Assembly: GCA_965215335.1 (NCBI GenBank)
Contig: CBDCDA010000001.1
Span: 1,760,001 to 1,824,000 of the forward strand
Source: an uncultured Candidatus Entotheonella sp.
GTDB lineage: Bacteria; Tectomicrobia; Entotheonellia; Entotheonellales; Entotheonellaceae
DNA: 64,000 nt
Direction: 5' to 3'
Shown here: piece by piece, positions 61,429 through 64,000 of the stretch
How positions within the stretch are numbered: position 1 is the stretch's first letter
Layout: each line of letters begins with the position of its first letter
The notes under the pieces: model-generated
What the model was told of the DNA's origin: nothing
The model's input: only the letters and a program-made list of their open reading frames with translations
Databases searched by the model: none
Position numbers and translations under genes: made by a program

Positions 61429-61520
61429 CAAGCCAGGCGGCCAAGGCCGGCAAACCAGAAATCTCTCTCGGCCTTGTCGGGAGAGCGGATTGAAACAAAC
61501 ATTCACACGGAGGTGAGAAG

Positions 61521-62372
61521 ATGACCGCGGAAGGCTACACCCATCCCGAGCTGCTTTGCGACACGGAGTGGCTGGGAGACCATTTGGACGATCCCAACGT
61601 GCGCGTCGTGGATTGCGACCCGTTCATGGCGTACCGCCGCGGGCATATCCGCAACGCCGGGGCCATCACGGCCCCGCACCACTACGTCAAGGAACCCGGC
61701 TACGAGCGGGCGCCCAAGGCGCACCCGCTGGTCATGCCGCAGGAGCCGTTCACCGACCTGATGATGCGCATGGGCATCGACGAAAACACGACCGTCGTCA
61801 CCTACGACCAGTCGGCCAGCCTGTACGCCACGCGCTTCTGGTGGGTGCTGGGCCACTACGGCCACACCAACGTCAAGGTGCTCGACGGCGGCTGGCGCAA
61901 GTGGTTCGACGAAGGACGACCCCTGTCCATCGATCCGCCGCCGCCCCGGGACGTCCGGTGGGCGCCGCAACGCCAGCCCGATTGGGTCTGCACCCTTGCG
62001 GACGGACTGGCTGCGGTCGGCGACCCGGACACCATCTTCCTGGACGTGCGCTCACCGGCGGAATGGGACGGTAGCAACGACCGCGGCAACAACCGGGCCG
62101 GGCGCATCCCGGGCGCCGTCCACCTGGAGTGGATGGACCTCATGGACACCGACCGCTTTCGCAGTTTCCTGTCCGCCGACGAGATGCGGGCCATTCTGGC
62201 GGAGCGCGGCGTGACGCCGGACAAGAAGATCATTACGTACTGACAAGGTGGCATCCGTGCGGCGCACGGAATGTTTGTGTTGACGCTTCTCGGCTACCCG
62301 CAGGTTCGTAACTACGACGGCTCGATGAACGAGTGGGCCAACCGCGACGACACGCCGCTGGTGATCGAGTAG
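61521..62372 (+). CDS. two-domain sulfurtransferase (rhodanese/SseA family), probable selenoprotein with Sec at TGA 62241-62243
   Basis: Frame stays open 42 codons past the [17 protein letters not shown]...YDGSMNEW...IE-TAG; TGA sits at the catalytic Cys position; GGAGG RBS. Confidence 0.88.
62244..62277 (+). promoter_or_regulatory. candidate bacterial SECIS element
   Basis: Stem TCCGTGC/GCACGGA with G-first loop GGC starting 17 nt after UGA; extendable via GGCA/TGTT with a bulged A. Confidence 0.7.
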
Positions 62373-62453
62373 CGGGCGACGACGGGCCACGGATTGGTGT
62401 CCTATGCAGTTCCCCGCAGGTCGGATGAGCCGCAGGCGAAATCCGACATTCCT

Positions 62454-63062
62454 CTAATCCGGCTGCGAATCGCCGTCGAGGCAGTGCTGCCGCTCGGCGG
62501 CGGCGAAGGCTTGCAACTTGGGAAAGTAACCGTGAAAGTCCTCGACGAAGGCGGGGAGATGGCTGTCGAGGAGCGGTGCGAGCCTGGAGCCGAGGTGGGT
62601 GAGCCGCAAGCGGCTCAGGACGTGCCACAGAGCACGGTCGCGCACCACCGGGTCGGCGTGACGCGACAACAGGTCGGTGTCGATCATGCGCGCGACGAAC
62701 GGCCTGCCTTTGTCGGGCACATAGGCGTCGAAGCGGTGCAGGGCGGTGTAGACCTCGGCTGCGAAGCCGGCGAGGGCGACGCTGGCATAACGCGGCCATG
62801 TCAGCGCAAGGCAATGATCCGCCACGACGTCGAGCAACACCGGCGCGGCCCGTCGCAGTTCAGGGCCGAAGCGCGCGAGGCCGGGTTTCATGTCGGCGAG
62901 GCGGTTGGAAAACGCATCTATACGCCGGTGCAGGCGAACGCCGGCACGCAGCTCGGGCGGCAGCGACTCGGGTATTTTCCCCTTCACGAAATCGCCGAGC
63001 ACCCCGCCGGCGATCCAACCCTGGCCGGGCCAGGCCAACAGGCAATGGGCGAGAAAGTCCAT
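62454..63062 (-). CDS. acpH: ACP phosphodiesterase (AcpH/DUF479)
   Basis: MDFLAH, LGDFVKG, GVRLHRRIDAFS, D...DH. Confidence 0.85.
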   Translation of the reverse strand: MDFLAHCLLAWPGQGWIAGGVLGDFVKGKIPESLPPELRAGVRLHRRIDAFSNRLADMKPGLARFGPELRRAAPVLLDVVADHCLALTWPRYASVALAGFAAEVYTALHRFDAYVPDKGRPFVARMIDTDLLSRHADPVVRDRALWHVLSRLRLTHLGSRLAPLLDSHLPAFVEDFHGYFPKLQAFAAAERQHCLDGDSQPD

Positions 63063-63104
63063 GCGGTCAACGCCTGGGATTCAAGTCTTCATCGCCGGCA
63101 AGCC

Positions 63105-64000
63105 CTACAGCGCCGGTCGGCTGGAGGTGCCGTAGCCGGTGAGCTCCACGTAGCCCTTGCCCGCCGGCAGGCCGTCCTGCAGCAGTTTCACGGCCCCCTC
63201 CCAGTAATGCAACGTGCCGATCAGGCGGCTGCGGTTTTCCTGGTCGGGCATTTCGACGGCCACTTCCAGATCGATCTGTTCCTGCGGAATGGACAGGCGC
63301 CAGCGCGACGGGTAAACGCCTCCGGTGTGCGGGCTTTGCCAGCGATCCTGGCTGGTAACGGCGAAGGCGCTGCCGTCGAGGTGCGTGGTGCTGCCGTCCG
63401 GGTGCACGACCGTGCCGCTGGCGAAGTCGGTTTCGCCGTCCGCACGCCGCAGAAGGAAAAGCATGACCTCGCGACGGCCGTCGAGTTGCAGGCTGAACCA
63501 GTCCCAGCCGAGCTGGTGCGGCGCCAGGACGCTGGTGAAGAATTCCTTGTCCATCCAGCTTTCGCCGCCGACCTGCCACGTCTGGCCGTCGAGGCTCAGT
63601 TGGCCGCTGGTTTGCAGCCGGGTGAAGCTGTAGTAGAGGCTGGCGCCGGCGCCGGACTGCGATTTGCGGCTGTAGCCGTTGGGGCCTTGAAAGACGAGCG
63701 CCTTGCCGGGCCGCGTGGACAGCGAGAAGGACATGGCCTGCGCGTCGTCGCGCATCTCGCAATCGAAGCCGCTGCCGTTCCACGACAGACGCCACTTGCC
63801 GGGCGTGCCGGCCGGCCCCCGGCTCCAGGCGATCAGCGGCTCGGGCCAGACGCCGAAGCCGCCCAGCAATGGGATGGCGCGGTAGATCACTTCGCTGAAA
63901 CGGTGCTCGCCGCGGTCCAGGTCGCTGACCGCGGCGTGGCCCATGATCAGGTCGCGGGCCGTCCAGGCGGAATCCGTGTCCGGCGCCGTCGGCAGCACGC
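63105..64000 (-). CDS. AttH/carotenoid 1,2-hydratase-like lipocalin-fold protein (partial, start outside window)
   Basis: ASLYYSFTR, SWMDKEF, GWDWFSLQL, W.SP.TG..YP..W, YWEG, GYVELTGY. Confidence 0.88.
   Translation of the reverse strand, partial: VLPTAPDTDSAWTARDLIMGHAAVSDLDRGEHRFSEVIYRAIPLLGGFGVWPEPLIAWSRGPAGTPGKWRLSWNGSGFDCEMRDDAQAMSFSLSTRPGKALVFQGPNGYSRKSQSGAGASLYYSFTRLQTSGQLSLDGQTWQVGGESWMDKEFFTSVLAPHQLGWDWFSLQLDGRREVMLFLLRRADGETDFASGTVVHPDGSTTHLDGSAFAVTSQDRWQSPHTGGVYPSRWRLSIPQEQIDLEVAVEMPDQENRSRLIGTLHYWEGAVKLLQDGLPAGKGYVELTGYGTSSRPAL

Noticed and set aside
61521..62243. Rhodanese as a 240-aa truncated gene, or genome-wide UGA reassignment
   Set aside because: The downstream frame is intact with a SECIS-like stem; many other genes here end normally at TGA, so UGA is still a stop
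1..64000. CRISPR array, prophage, intact transposon, rRNA, tRNA-Sec
   Set aside because: No regularly spaced repeats or hallmark genes were seen by eye

Overview
High-GC bacterial chromosomal window, mostly housekeeping genes, with no phage, CRISPR array or intact IS. 1-24.4 kb is largely one minus-strand block: asd (partial), leuB, trpFCD, ECF sigma/anti-sigma, AAA-HEAT protein, nusB-ribH-ribBA-ribD, ppdK, lysC, hom, aminotransferase, SPOR protein, argS, recO, era, aspS. It is followed by tRNA-Gln/tRNA-Glu, a Rieske protein, an archaeal-type FAU-1 ribonuclease homologue, aspC-coaD-rlmN and tRNA-Leu. 30-46 kb is a more accessory region: YHS protein, archaeal-type PGK, two gene relics, Tat-signal aldo-keto reductase, oxidoreductase-SelD fusion, arfB, argD, MaoC pair, sufS-sufU, MFS. 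Then fabI, radC-purF, rplU-rpmA-obgE-proB-rsfS and an enzyme/transport region. The strongest hidden signal is a two-domain rhodanese (61521-62372) whose catalytic Cys codon is an in-frame TGA followed by a SECIS-like hairpin, i.e. a probable selenoprotein that the ORF track truncates. It sits just downstream of a fused CydDC-like exporter, with selD in the same window. Other notable items are the bacterial FAU-1 with a degenerate DUF402 motif, a 34-bp perfect palindrome over the tRNA-Leu promoter, and an unannotated 35-aa secreted-type ORF. All family calls come from recognising motifs by eye; no database searches were run.
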